This document shows, piece by piece, positions 12,536-26,780 of a stretch of 64,000 nt of DNA. The stretch's first letter is position 1. Every line of letters starts with the position of its first letter. Both the position numbers and the translations under genes were made by a program. Under the pieces are notes generated by a model that was not told the origin of the DNA, searched no databases, and worked only from the letters and a program-made list of their open reading frames with translations. The DNA comes from Octopus vulgaris (taxonomy: Eukaryota): positions 42,656,001-42,720,000 of the forward strand of contig OX597821.1 of NCBI GenBank assembly GCA_951406725.2. The letters are read 5' to 3'.

Positions 12536-14799
12536 ATGAAGGGATAAAGACAGCGGACTTCAACAGAAATATGGTAAGGAAAAGGTTGAACACATACAAA
12601 TATCATTACGTAATAACTTGTTTGTTTATATACTGTACTTCTGTGACCAAGACACTAATGCAATTCCCCTACAGTGGAATTGAGTCTGTAATCAGGCCAC
12701 AGAAGTTTAAAATAACTTTCTGATACATTACAGTATAAGACACTATTAAAGAATAAAAGAAATTTAATAGTTTTTAAGGTTTTATAATGAGAATACTTTA
12801 CAATGATGTAATTGAATCAATGTATAACGATTATTTGACTCAGACACAGTTCAAGACTATACACTACATCAGCGATTCAAAACCTTTTCTATATCACACA
12901 CTCCAAGAAAATGTTCAATTAATTTTCATAAACCACCAAAAGTATCACATTTGAAAATGAAAAAGTTGATTTTGTAATAACTATTTTGTTTTTTTAAATT
13001 CAACTGCATACTGTACAGTGAAATAATAAAGCTCTCTGTATGCTTAAAACAACAAAGGTATTTCTCAGAGTAATTTAATAATTCTATTCAGAAAAATGAT
13101 TGAATGAAGTATATAGTTTCCCCTCTCTGTCATACTCCATGAAATGCTACCTTGCACCTCCAGGTGATGTGAGCATGCCAGGACCTCTGTGGACTCATGC
13201 ACCACATAAATAGTAGTGTACTACATTGTAAACTACAGAAAAGTACAGTCTTATGTATGCTGTAGCTTGACCATGTTATCAGAGCTAGAACTTCTGTGCT
13301 CACATCCTTACAGGCATGGATAACAAGCTCGTAGGTGACAGAGACATAGATAGAGCAATGACATCAAAGACTGGACAGAGAGAATCTTGGTAGAACGTAT
13401 GAATATAGCACAAGACCACTGTAGTATGTGGTGAGGAATGATGGTTGTGTTTGAGGGCCCTGGCCCTCTATCAAGATGAACATAGTACTGTACTATATTG
13501 TATACAACACCACCAACTAGCATTGTACTACATCATACACTATAGAACAGTATCAAGTAATGATGTTACTCTCTATGTTGTACAGCAATGTATAATACCA
13601 AATGGTATGGTACTGCTTTATGCTGCTAACATCAGCAAACATCAATAATGCTGCTGCTACCATCAACCTACCAACACTGACTCCACCACAACCACCACTA
13701 AGCAGTAGGAATGTGTTAGAGAGCAGCTACTAGTATAGTATTACCGAACACATATTGGAATGTAAAGGTATCAGATAACAGAGATGGTAGATGGGGGGGG
13801 GCTTGCGCACGTGTGTGTGGAGAGAAGAATAAGAGAAGAGGTATAAGAGGAGAAAGTAAAAAAGAGTAGAGGTGAGGTAGGGAACAGAGCAAGAGTGGGA
13901 GAGAGAAATAGTTGAACAAGGAACAGGATAGATAAACAGACTGACAGTAAGATTAAGATGTCAGAGAAGGTGACAGAGATCTAGGTACATTAGCAGGGGG
14001 TGGGGGTAAGAAGAAAGCTGCAGGGAACCGTTTGATTTAGTGTCATATAGAACCATGGTCCACTGTATTGGAAACAACTTGACCTAACTGACAATCACTA
14101 TAAATACAAGAAGAAAAAAACTATCAACCCTTGGACATGGTAACCCAAATTAGATAACATTTAATATTAACAGAACAGAATACCTGAACAACTCTTACAA
14201 GTAAGTATTAACTATATCATCATTTTACATCTGCTTTCCATGCTGGCATGGGTTGGGTGGGTTATCACAGTGAGTCACATAACTACAGCCTCCAAAGTAT
14301 CACTGCTCATACAAGTCATATGGCTTGGTTCTACAGCTGGAAGCCTTTAATGCCAACCACTTTACAGAATGTATTGGGGGCTATTATTTTCTTGTGGTAC
14401 CAACACTAAAGAGGTTGAATAGCCCCCAGACAAGACAAGGGGAATCTCATAACCCCACTTTCTCTGTTCATACAGTTAACCACTATTGCGTAAACAGTAG
14501 AGTACAAAGACAATAGAAAGGTCAGAAATGGATATTTGTGAGGAAGAGAGAGAGAGACAGACAGACAGAGATCAATGATATCAGAAGGATCAGAAGAATG
14601 AGTGGGAAGATCAAAGGAAGAAGAGTATGATGGGAAGAAGGTAGGGATATGTAAGGGTGGTGTCAGGAGAATGATCAGCAAAAGTAGAGGGGCGAAAGGT
14701 AAAGTTGGGTGGGTGAAAAGAGCAAGTGTATGGTGGAAAAAGGCAAATTGATGAGATAAAGGTGATAGTGATGGGTGGCAATAGAGTAATAAATTTTAA

Positions 14800-15240
14800 G
14801 AGATAGATGTGTAATTATGTAACAGGCAAACCTGGTACAACCAGGTAGCAATATCATAGACACACAAGGTAAAATTGTGTAGCTATGTTACAACAGACAA
14901 ACTAGATACAATCATGTAGCAATGTCACAAATATAGGTACAGGCACATGTAACGATATCAGAGGTACACTAGGTACAAGGATGTCACAGGCAAAGCACCC
15001 ATATGTAGCAAGTCACAGACACTACGTACAACTGTGTAGCTATTTTACAACACACAAACTAAGCACAACCAAGAAACATGACAGACAGACCAGGTACAAC
15101 CATATAGCAAGGTTGCAGATAGACTAAGCACAGCCATTTAGCAATGCCATGAATACAGGTATAAACAATATTTGTGCAGAGTAGGTACAAAGTTACATAG
15201 TGATATTATAGGTAAAGTATCTACTAATGTGTAGTAGAAC
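14800..15240. repeat. Degenerate ~34-37 bp minisatellite
   Basis: About 10 units resembling acagacaaactaggtacaaccatgtagcaatgtc. Confidence 0.7.
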
Positions 15241-17823
15241 ATCTCTTGCTTAATGAATACCTGTTGTGAGTTAACAATGCTACCCCTGCTCCCATCCCAG
15301 TTATGGTTTTTATCATAACTATGTGCTAAGTTCAAGTGTATTTCTCATAACTCACCACCCCTCCCACCCATGTGCACATACACACACACATTACAAACAA
15401 TGCCTTGAATTTCAACCAGCTGATTTCTTTGATTACTTGTTTTGTGATAACACTACATGGCAGAAGTCAGTGTTGTACAGAGGTGAATGGTAAATAATAT
15501 GTGTGTGCATGTGTATGTGTTGTACTCCCTCTGGGTTTTATTGTTAATATCTTATGTTTCAAGTAATCATAGATGAAATGGGTTCTTTTTGTTGTTGAAG
15601 CAATTGTTTACACAACTGGATGCTATTGTTACTACTAACCACACTCAACTGTGAAGCAGAAGAACCAGATTTTTGTCAGTCAGGGCAAACTGGAGTTTAT
15701 AGAGAAACGTGCCAAGCTTAGAGAGCTGAGTGGCTGCTGTAAGTTTTGAACTCTAGAAAATGTGGTCAATAATCCAACATCTTAATTTCACACCCGTTAC
15801 GTCTCTTAGAAATAGACAATATTTTTGTAGAAATAGAAAATATTTCAGGAGTCTGTAGGCCAGTGTTTTTTCTCTATTTGTCTATCAATTTAATAAATAT
15901 CATCTTTTGTTCTTCTTTCGTTCTTTGTAATGTAGTTGTTGTTAGATCCAAGTCTGCCTAGAACAAGATGACCTATGATCACTATGTTCCAAGCATCTGT
16001 TCACCTTTTCAGGCCAATCTTCATTTCTGGCAGACTTTTTAAAAAAAAATTGTAAAGCAATAATAAAAGCTTTTCTAGTGGAAATTTCGCTAAAAATATT
16101 AATGCTTAAGGATGCTTGAATCATTCATAAAGCAGACATATCCAAACCAACTGCTTCAACAAGTTCTGTACAGATGAGATATTGCAGCAAAATAATTAAC
16201 TGTTAGTTGCTTTTTTTCTCCCAGAGATTCTAAGGATTTGGGAAAGGAAACACAAATGTAAAGTTAATATGCTGGTGCAAAGACTCCAGGATTTCCTGCC
16301 ATACATTATTTTTTAATAGCTTGATATAGGAGAAAAAGGCTGTGCCCATAACCTTTCTAGTTCCTCACAGACCAGTAAGATCAAGACAGTGGTATAGTTA
16401 AGGGTCCTCAGTACCTTGGACCATGGCAATTTTTGCACTACCCCATCCCCACCACACTGTAACAAGAAGTTTTACATGCTTTCACAACCTGCGTCTGGGA
16501 GCACCTGCCCTTGTTACCATGACACTGAACTGAGGTTCTAGAACTTCATGTTGACAGCTGTAACATGATGGTAGACTTTAAACTGGTTTGCAGGTTTGTA
16601 ACTTCTCAAATTCATTTTCAATTATTAATGGAACCTTATCAATAGAAATGTTTAACTTGACTAAGAATTGTGGTCAGAAACAATGGACTCAGTGTAGCTC
16701 TCTGTTAGTTATATTTAGCAGGATTTATTTTTTGTTGTGTTTGTTTTAGTTTTGCTCTCAGTAAGATCAACATTCTTATAAGTTAAATTTTATTTATATA
16801 AAAGTTTTAGAAATTTTTTTTCTAGAACAACCAGTGTTGTTTGATGCTTAAATAGCCTTGTTGGCTGCCCTTTTCATGATCCAGAGGAATGTAACAGTAT
16901 ATCTGGTGAAGACAAAAGTAGAAGCTACCAGAAATTGTAAGAACTAGAAGAGCCAAACTGAAACTGGGACCATTTTGCTAAGTTTATTTACATCTTATGT
17001 AACTTAACCCCACCATATACTAGTCTAAAATGCAGTCATACATCCCCAAATTTCACTAACACAGACAAACAGCTCTAGATCTTTTCCTATGCTCAGCTAA
17101 TTCCTTTTTATGCTGTGTTAATGAACAGTAATATATGTGAAGGGTAGTTAGAAAAAGAGGTGGTTATGAATGAAGGTAGTTTTAGCTGCAGACAGGGTTG
17201 TGTGGATAAGAAATTCACTTCATAATCACATGTTTTCAAGTTCAGTTCCATTGCATGACACCTTAAATAAATATTTACAATAGCCCCATGTCATCTAAAA
17301 GCCTTGTGAATGGATTTGAAAGAGAAAGAGAGAGAGAGAGAGAGTGTGTGTATGTGTGTATTTTCCTTGTCTTGACAGTGTACGATTGTTGTGAATGAGA
17401 GTCACTGCCACACAAGGTGTTCTTTGTTTTCAATATTCTATAAAAATATCTCGTTAGGAAACAGGTGAGAGTTGGCAACAGGAAGGCATTTGGCTACAGA
17501 AAATCTGCCTCAACAAATTCCATTTGACCCATGCAAGCATGGAAAAGTAAACATTCAAACAATGATGATGTAGATATGTAAAACCCTCTTGTTACGGAGG
17601 GATGGAAAATATAAATAGGAGGTTATGTTATAAGAATAATAGAGAAGAGAAAGGATCAAAATTATAAAAGGGAAGCAGTGAGATTTTTAAAGATTGTTCC
17701 AACAAGCTACATGTAGTCCCTCTCTGACTCTAAATCATTACAGCTATACAGTAAAGACCTGACACCCCAACCACTGCTCACCACTCCACATGCTGCTAAG
17801 AAGTAAACAAAATTTCCATTTAC

Positions 17824-17983
17824 CATACTGCTGTGGCTGTTAGAATATCTGTGTGGTTTTTAAATGGTATCAAGCAGGCTTCTCCAAGTAACAAGTTAGC
17901 AAGAATGCTCCCAGCGAAACAGGTCAGCATACAAGACAACCAACAGCATACAGGATGTTTGCGTGAGAAGGTATTGTCTGATT
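17824..17983 (-). CDS. TMEM38: TRIC coding exon 2
   Basis: Acceptor ttgtttcag|AA and donor TG|gtaaa, 160 nt. Encodes (E)SDNTFSRKHPVCCWLSCMLTCFAGSILANLLLGE...TATAVW, with the TRIC RKHP motif and TM1/TM2. Confidence 0.95.
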
Positions 17984-18397
17984 CTGAAACAAGAGTTTGA
18001 GAAAACATACACATTATACTGAGATCAAAGAGGTATGCATAAAATTACATATACATACATACGTACGTACATACATACATACATACATACATAACATTAC
18101 ACACACACACACTATGATGATTAATCTGGGATTTAAACAAAATGTAGATGCAGTGAATTTCGTTTTCCATATGTCCTTTACATTTAACCCTTTCCAAACC
18201 TACCTGAGACTTCCTCTGGTTCCAAAACAAATTATCTGTTTTAAAGTGATCAAAATTAAAACCACACATCAAAATTATGTTACCTCATGTTCCAAACACT
18301 AGCTCAATAAGTACAGTTATTTTATTAATTTTGAAAATAATGAACACTTTAATTGAAACAAAGGTAGAGTATTTCAACAGAAATATGGCAAAGGATC

Positions 18398-18621
18398 AAC
18401 CCTTTAGTTTTCAGATTACTCTGTCAGATGTAATGTTTATTCATTAACAAATTTTTGGAATTAATCATGCATTATCTTGTAATCTGGAGATTTTGATGAT
18501 GTGGCTGTTTATTTTTAAAATGAAGTAGAGTAGGTGTGAAAGGCCTGATATGGCCAGTTTGTATATAAAATAGGTAAATTATTAGGGCCTGATATGTCTG
18601 GTTTAAATACTAAAGGGTTAA
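18398..18621. mobile_element. Second TTAA-type MITE family
   Basis: ccctttag...ctaaagggttaa termini. Homologous copy at about 1880-2075. Confidence 0.7.
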
Positions 18622-19184
18622 AAATAGTGTTGATGTTAAACTAAATGATGCTGGTCTACTGACCACACAGCCATGTTTTCATCGCTTTCTTGCTACACAG
18701 TGTGTGAATAAGGTATCTTTTTTTTTTCCTCTATTTGAACGAAGGGAAAAAAGTTTTACTTCATATTTGAATACTAAGTGATAGGAAAAGTATCTGGCTG
18801 TAAAAACAATCTAACAAATCATTTCAACCATGAAATCATAGAAAAATAGATGTAAAATGGCCATATTTATTTGGACGATTTTTTTTTTTTTTTACAGTTG
18901 GATGCTTTACGTAAGGGGTGGAACCAGTTTTACACTCCACTCATTACAATAGGCAATAGCTAATAAACAGTATATAAATAGAGCACACACTAACAACTGT
19001 TATTCTATACTGAAACTTTTGATGAACCTGAAACACCTAGGAGATAACAAATGTGAAAATATTTACAAACTCCCAAAGGAATTCTGAAATGAAAATGAGA
19101 AAGATTAAAATATGGAAAAATAAAAGAAAATCTAGTTTTTAATTAAACCCTGGGAGACTGAGACAGCTGATGCTTCTATATTAA

Positions 19185-19230
<46 letters not shown>

Positions 19231-20279
19231 CATTTTCATCAGATGCAAAAGGAAGAAGAGTGTTATTAGCTAAATATAGATATTGTGAAAGAGATAGATC
19301 TCGTTTCTTTCTAGCTCAAAAATGGTACACTAATAGATCAGCCCAGTCACCATCTTGCTCAGATATATTTAACTAATGATGAAATAAAGTCAACAAGAGA
19401 GACTATACCATTCAGTTGATCTAGAAATAGCAACAAAATCTCCATCAAATCACACCCTACTATCTTTAAAATAAAAAAAAAAAAGATACACATTGGATGA
19501 AATCCTAAATAAACTGTACCTATAAAAAAACAGAAAAAGACATAATGGACCTGTTTGGAACACTTTTGATCATAAATCTGCCCAGTTGGGTTTTCCTTGG
19601 GTTAAACAATAATAATTATTCACTGAATTTACAACAGAGTCACATCCTAACAGTACCATCTTTATATATGATTTTAATAAGTCATTCATGTATCTTCTTT
19701 TATCTTTGACTTGTTTCAGTCATTAAACTGCGACAATGTTGGGACACTGCCCTGCAGAATTTTAGTTTTTTTAAACCTGGCACTTTTGGTCTCTTTTCCT
19801 GAACCATTAAGTTATGGAGATGTAAACACACCATCACTGGTTGACAAGTGATAGTGGGAGACAAACACACACATTATAATATTATATATATATATATATA
19901 TGAGTTTGGAGGGATATATTATCTGGGTGGATATTGTATCAGCTCTCAGTTAAGTTCAAGTTAACCACAACGATCAATATTCAATGTCTGTGACTACAAT
20001 TAGTTATTAGTCACTCTGTGAATTCTTCTGATGGGTAATTCCGTGTACTCTTTGCTGGGCAGTAAAAATTGTCTGGAGTATATATTAATAATAAGAAAAA
20101 ATATGGAGACTTGTACATCCATAAAATTTATTTTACAGTTATATACAGCATTTTATAACGGCCTGCACATGTTTCCACTGCTGCGACACTTTTCGCTGTT
20201 GCAAATGCATTTGCAACAGTCAGTAGTTGCTGCAGTGTAGACATGTACAGCAGAAACATGTGCAAGTCATTATAATATG

Positions 20280-20780
20280 CTGTAATAGCTCCCGTGCTAG
20301 TGGCACATAAAACACACTATTCGAGCATGGTCGATGCCAGTGCCACGTATAAAGCACCATTCGAGCATGGTCGTTGCCACTGCCACCTGACTGGCCCTTG
20401 TGCCAGTGACACATAAAAAGCACCCACTACATTCTTGTAGTTAACATTAGGAAGGGCATCCAGCTGTAGAAACTTTGCCAGATCGGATTGGAGCCTAGTG
20501 CAGCCTTCTGGCTTGCCAGCCCTCAGTCAAACCATCCAACCCATGCCAGCATGGAAATCAGACATTAAACAACAATGATGATGTATAAGTCTCCATTCCC
20601 TTTATTGTTATTAATACACACTCACACACAGGCTTCTTTCAGTTTCCATCAGCCAAATCCAATCATAAGGCTTTGGTCAGCCTGAGCTTTGGTAGAAGAC
20701 ACTTGTTCAAGATGACATGCAGTAGGACTGAACCCAGAACCATGTGGCTGGGTAGCAAACTACTTATCACACACCCACAA
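20280..20780. mobile_element. RTE-tail repeat (+) and reverse SINE head (-)
   Basis: Homologous to 6680-7150 and, in reverse, to 21720-21880. Confidence 0.7.
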
Positions 20781-22604
20781 ACCATGGATCTCTATTAAAT
20801 GCTATCTTCAATAAACAAATGAATGAGAAATTTTGTTTTTAGTTTATTTGCTCTTAATTTTTCTTGCAAGAGTTTCACTGGAAACAAGGTAGATATGGAT
20901 CCATGTTCTGGTATAAATCTAATTCTATTGTCTTGTATTAACCACACCAACTCCCTTTCGTTACTATTTTCACACTGAAGTCTCAGTAATACCCTTCTCT
21001 AAAGCCTCTCCTTTGCCCTTGTCTCAGTTTATGTTGATACTGTTATACTAATCATGGAGGTATCTACTACACAACCTGATATTTTCGCAATCTCAGCAAC
21101 AATCTCTGATAACGTCTATAGCTTTCATCTTTTTCATGTTATCTCATCACTATGAATTAACCTCTATAGACTTACTTCTCATGACATTTCCATGCCTTCC
21201 ACCATATATTATTTCAGAAACCAAGAGAGACTGTATCATTTAAATGCACTTCTCAACAATGACATTCCATGTCCTTGCAACTCCCAACACTGCAAGCCTC
21301 TCAAACTAACTTTCTCTTGGTTGATTATTGTTTTTTTGCTAACCGTCAAGTTTATTTGCATTGTTCATTGCTACCCAGTTTTTGCTACTCGTTCTATGTA
21401 TGTTGCTTAGCTCTTATAGTCTTATTTCCAACACTAAGGCTATCATGCCATTGCCCACTGCCTGACTGGTCAACACACTGGTTTAGATATAGAAAAGGCC
21501 TGTAACTTAGAGCAAAAAGTTATTTAGAACCACTTGTCTTCATTGTTGTAGATTAACTTTTAATAAAATTTTGTTAAGAGATGTAAATCACTCAAAACAT
21601 GGATACAACATGGCCTGGGAAGCCTTCTACCACCAATAAAGAACAGTATCAGAGTTTTGATAAAACAAACTCACATTTAATACATTAACAAGGTATTATG
21701 GCTATCTCTTAAAACTATTTAATCATCATCATTTAACCGCTGCCTTCCATGCTGGCATGGGTTGGATTGACAGAAGACTGCACCAAACTTCTATGTCTGT
21801 TTGGTATGGTTTTTATGGCTGGATGCCCTTCCTAACACCAACCACCCCACAGAATGGACTGAGAGCTTGTAATGTGACATCAAAGAAAATTTATATATGT
21901 ATAACATTTTAGAAAATATTAAAAAAAAAAAGAAAAAGAACACTTTTAGCTAAAAGGTACATTTATAAATAATATGAGAGCAGAGAGTAAGAAAACTACT
22001 GACAAGAATTAAGACAAAGCTTGGTGGACAGGAGTTAAATAGGTATAGCTTACTGAACATGCATGGCTAGCAGCTGAAAATGTTTATCTGCAGGTCTAAG
22101 TACTCACCTCAATATAGGCCAGCAAATATTTCATCTGGAAATCACTTCCTAAATTAATTGGGTCAGACTTTTTCACTATCACTAAACTCTTGATAACAAC
22201 TCAGCTGAGACCACCTTTAGATCTAGGATATAAACTTCCTGTTTTAAAGTAATTTAAGTTTAAAAATCTTACATCAAAAGTTAATGTTAATTTCTGTTTC
22301 AAACACTAGCTTGATAATAAGTTATTTTATTAAATTCTTCATTATTTCAAAACTAATTAAAACGAAAGTAGAGAGTTTCAACAGAAATATGGTAATAGAA
22401 GGGTTATAATGTCTAAGCTAGCAAGATGTTCGGTCTTGATTTGGTGTGCAGATCAGATTTAACTTCAAACATTAGCTACTAATTTTTATTTAAAAAAAAA
22501 AAAGCTGCTGACTTATTCTTCTGGGGTCAATAAAATAGATGTTAAGTGTCAATATAATCATCTGTATCTTCCCTCAAAATTTGTGGCAATAATAATAATA
22601 ATAA

Positions 22605-23190
22605 TCCTTACTACTATAGGTATAAGGCTTGAAATTTTGAGGGAGGAGACTACTTGATTATATCGTCCCCAATGTTTCACTGAAACTTAATTTATCGACC
22701 CTGAAAGGATGAAAGGCAAAGTCAATCTCAGTGGAATTTGAATTCAGAATGTAAAGACGGACGAAATACCACTAAGCATTTTGTCCAGTGTGCAAATGAT
22801 ACAGCCAGCTCACTGCCTTAATAATAATCCTTTCTACTATAGGCACAAGGCCTTGACCCTGAAAGGATAAAAGGCAAAGTTGACCTCAGCAGAATTTGAA
22901 CTCAGAACAAAGGTGGACGAAATGCTGCAAAGCATTTTGCCTGGTGTGCTAATGATTATAATAATAATAATAATAATAATCCTTTCTTGTATAAGTAAAC
23001 AACCTGAAATTTGGGGGAGGGGGTTAGTCAATCACATCGACCCCAGTACTTAACTGATAATTATTAACTGATACAAAAGATGTAAGGCAAAGTCAACCTT
23101 TGTGGAATTTGAACTCAGAATGAAAAGACAGATGAAATGCTGCTAAGCATTTTGCCTGGTGCGCTAACGATTCTGCCAGCTTGCCACCTT
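22605..23190 (-). mobile_element. Tandem array of three SINE copies (1-960 family)
   Basis: Three units separated by (AAT)n. The middle unit has an internal deletion. Confidence 0.85.
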
Positions 23191-23756
23191 AATAATAATA
23201 GTAATAAGTAAACATTAAGTTGAAAAAAAAAAATTGCCAAGTGAGATTTAAGCAAGAACAGTTTCCTATTGCAAATTGCTGCAGAAATGTGAAAATTCTA
23301 AAAGGATCAGCCAAAAAAATGCCAATAGAATAATAAATGTATAACCAACTAAAGAAATTTTTTAAAGTGTTTAAGCAAAATTTATAGGGGAAAAATTGAG
23401 GAATAAAAAATGTGAGATGTTTTATTCACAGTTATTAACTGTAGGTGTTTAATAATGTGTGTGTGTGTGCTGTTTCTGTTATATCAACTATACACATGCA
23501 ATCATACATACTGACATCAATACATACACTCACAGCACTGCAAAAGATTCTCTGAAGTATCTTAGTGAAGTTAGCATAATGCTTCCTGGTTGCCTACATT
23601 GACTTGATAGATACAATGATATTAAGGTCAATATCAATATAAAGTAAGTCTTCCTGTAATGTACCCCAATCCTTGCATAGTATACAGAATCATTATAGCC
23701 TTGCAACATAGAGTGCAGTATGTTTGTAGTCTATAGGGTTAGCAATTACATACTAT

Positions 23757-23975
23757 GGTATTCACCCGAGTAAGTACATAAATATGAAACAAGGTGGGGG
23801 AAAAATAGTACTCGAATACCGGAGGTAGAGTAATATGCTTTTTTATTAAAGCTGTAAAAACATCACAAAAAACTGCTATGCCATTCTTGATCACAATTGT
23901 CCGATGAACACGAATGTGAAACTCTGAGTAGCAGTTTTTTGTGATATTTTTGCACCTTTAATAATAAAGCATATT
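23757..23975. mobile_element. Penelope-like pseudo-LTR fragment with an inverted repeat and a hammerhead-like motif
   Basis: Inverted arms at 23832-23878 and 23928-23975. Type I hammerhead-like motif at 23895-23936. Confidence 0.6.
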
Positions 23976-26780
23976 AAAATGGTATTTATATAGTTGTAAA
24001 GATGGTATTTCAATGTAGTGTAGTTAAAGTGAACAGCGTCATAAATATATAACATAGTATTTATACAGTATAGTGATGGCCTGTGTTTCAATGCAGTGTA
24101 TAGTACAATTGCCATGTAATGGGTTTGCAGCTGTAATATTCATATTATAGAGTTTTAACTCTAGAGTAGTGTGGTTGTAAAGTCTCAAAATACTGTGATA
24201 TTATTGTTGCGTTTTAGTGTGTGTCAATGCACATACATGTGCGCATGTGCAGCCATGTTTGCATGCATATATATGTCCATATTTAAGTATATATTCAAGT
24301 GTGTGCATATGCATGTGGTAAGTTGACTGTGCCTAAAGCATGTCATTTCGAGTGTAGTGAAACAGTTGTGTTACCTGTCATGTAGTGGAGAGGATGCACA
24401 TCTAATGCATGTATTGTGTGCAGTACCTTGAGTAATACTAACAGGCTGGAGCAGTGGTTGAAACCAAGATGAGAGAGAAATGCTAATTTTTTTTTAAATC
24501 CTGACCCACAAAGAAAATCATTGCCGCTTGATTTTTAAACCTGAGTATAAGCAAATAAGTGAATTATAGAGCGGGGAGCAGTGTTTATACTGAAGCAGTG
24601 TAGCACCATATTGCAATGATGCTAGTGCAATAGACCTACCTGTTGCTGCACATGGACCCAAATCATGTCAGAGAGCCCAGCACAAAAAGAGCAGCTGCTT
24701 TCTCCTGTAGCCAATGATGGATAAATAAAGATTAGTGAAAGACAGTGACGATAAACAGATTAAATGTTCAACATGAATAACTGTGGTGGGAGAAACGAAT
24801 ATTGTAGAGTCTCTTTTCTCCTTGTAGACAGACTACGATACAAGGCCAGCATGATACAGAAAGGTTTAGATTTCAAACAATATCTACCTCAAGGTAACCA
24901 TTTATGCAGCTAAAATCTAGACCCATCCTATTCCAGTCAAGCAACAAACCAACCATTAAAGTACTTTACTTCACTAATTGTGTGCTGAATATCTAGCTGT
25001 AAATAAATACCAAGAGTTTTGTTAGCTTCCAGTTGCTATACTTAATACTTCACACAAGCACCTAAGAAAGACACGATTCTAGTTGAATGGTTGAAATAAA
25101 ATATTTAAAATCAAAACACTATAAAAATCCATCTAGTGTAATATGCAAGATCCATAAATGAATTGAGTTTATAGGAAGTTAGCACCATTCTCAGAGTTAC
25201 ATAAAACTAGAGTGGACTCAACCATTCATAGTTGTGAATAAACCACCTTAAACACACATTACTGTGGCCACCACTGAAATCTGAGACAATTCACTGTACT
25301 GACCACCAAAACCTATATTGTGAGAAAAAAATAGGAGACTTTTTGATCACACGACCTGCTAGAAATAGCAACAGTATCTCTCAAATCATACCGTACCATC
25401 ATATGTAAGAAAAGGAATTCATTAAACTAGATGCTCCAGAAAGATAAGATAGTCATGGCTCAAAAATCAAGGCTGACCTGGGACTAAACAGCCAGGACTA
25501 TAACAGAAACAGACAGACTTGATAGTGGAGAGAGTACAATATGCCCAGACTGCCATATACCACTCAATACTGTGATCAAACTGCGTTTACATACCAGAAT
25601 ATGAAGTACGATCTTTAACTAAACAAAGGTGAGTTACACTGAATAGCTGAAAATCATAAGTTTACTTGATCAGAGCTGACCTAGCCTAGACATCAATCTC
25701 ACCAACTCACAACAACTGTAAACAATCATTCACAAGATCAGTCTTGGAGGCCCTGCAACAATTACAAGAATAGATATTTCTTCTTGACTAAAATCATTTT
25801 AAGAACATGCAATTACACTGGATACAATAACATCAAAGAAATGCAGAGATAAAGAGATTATACGACTGGATCAGTGAATGTCAGAAAAGAACGTCAATAG
25901 CTTTAGATGTAAAAGCTGTCAAATGGTCTCAAAGCAGACCTGAATACAAAAAAAAATAAAGAATGAGGCTGTAATATTTTTTGCATTTTGGCATATAGGC
26001 ACTGGCATGGTTGTGTGGTAAAAAGTTTGCTTCCCAACAACATAGTTCTAGATTCAGTCCTACAGCATGGCACCTTGGGCAAGAGTCTTCTACTATAATC
26101 CCAGGCTGACCAAAGCCTTGTAAGTGGATTCGGTAGACTGAAACTGAAAGAAGTCCATCATATAAGAACGAGAGAGAGAGAGAAATTGTGTTTCTGTCTT
26201 CTCATCTTGAAAAGTGATAGTGTCACTGTCAAACGAGCAATATCCATTGTTAATATTTTCTGAAAGTACATCTGCCCATGGGGAAATATTACCTTGTTGG
26301 GAAACAGATGAAGGTTGGTGATAGGAAGGACATCCCCCAAGAGAATATCTGCCACAAATAAACTCCATCCAACCCATGCAAACATGGAAAAGTGGATGAT
26401 AAATGATAAATTCCCTCCTTGCACATCTATTTCCCACAGTTGTTGGGAAATACATTAGAAAGGAGAGAATTCCAAATGAAAGTTCAGAAAGCAAAAGATT
26501 TGAAAAGGAAAGAGCACACCTGTAGACCAGAAGCTAGAGGCAATCAGTTGGGTGGCCTTTTTCTTGGATGTCTTTAAGTGCTAACATTCAATGCATGGCT
26601 GTGATAGGAACAGGCATGATCATGTTGTTAAGAAGTTTGCTTCCCAACTACATAGTTGGGGGTTCAGTCCCATTTTGTGGAACTTTGGGCAAGTGTATTC
26701 TACTATAGTCCCAGGCTGACCAAAACCACGTGAATGGATTTGATAGACAGAAACAGAAAGAAGCCCATCATATATAAATA

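Noticed and set aside
24828-24893. Plus-strand 66-nt exon-like segment (ttgtag|...aag|gtaacc)
   Set aside because: I found no partner exons or recognisable peptide on the plus strand.
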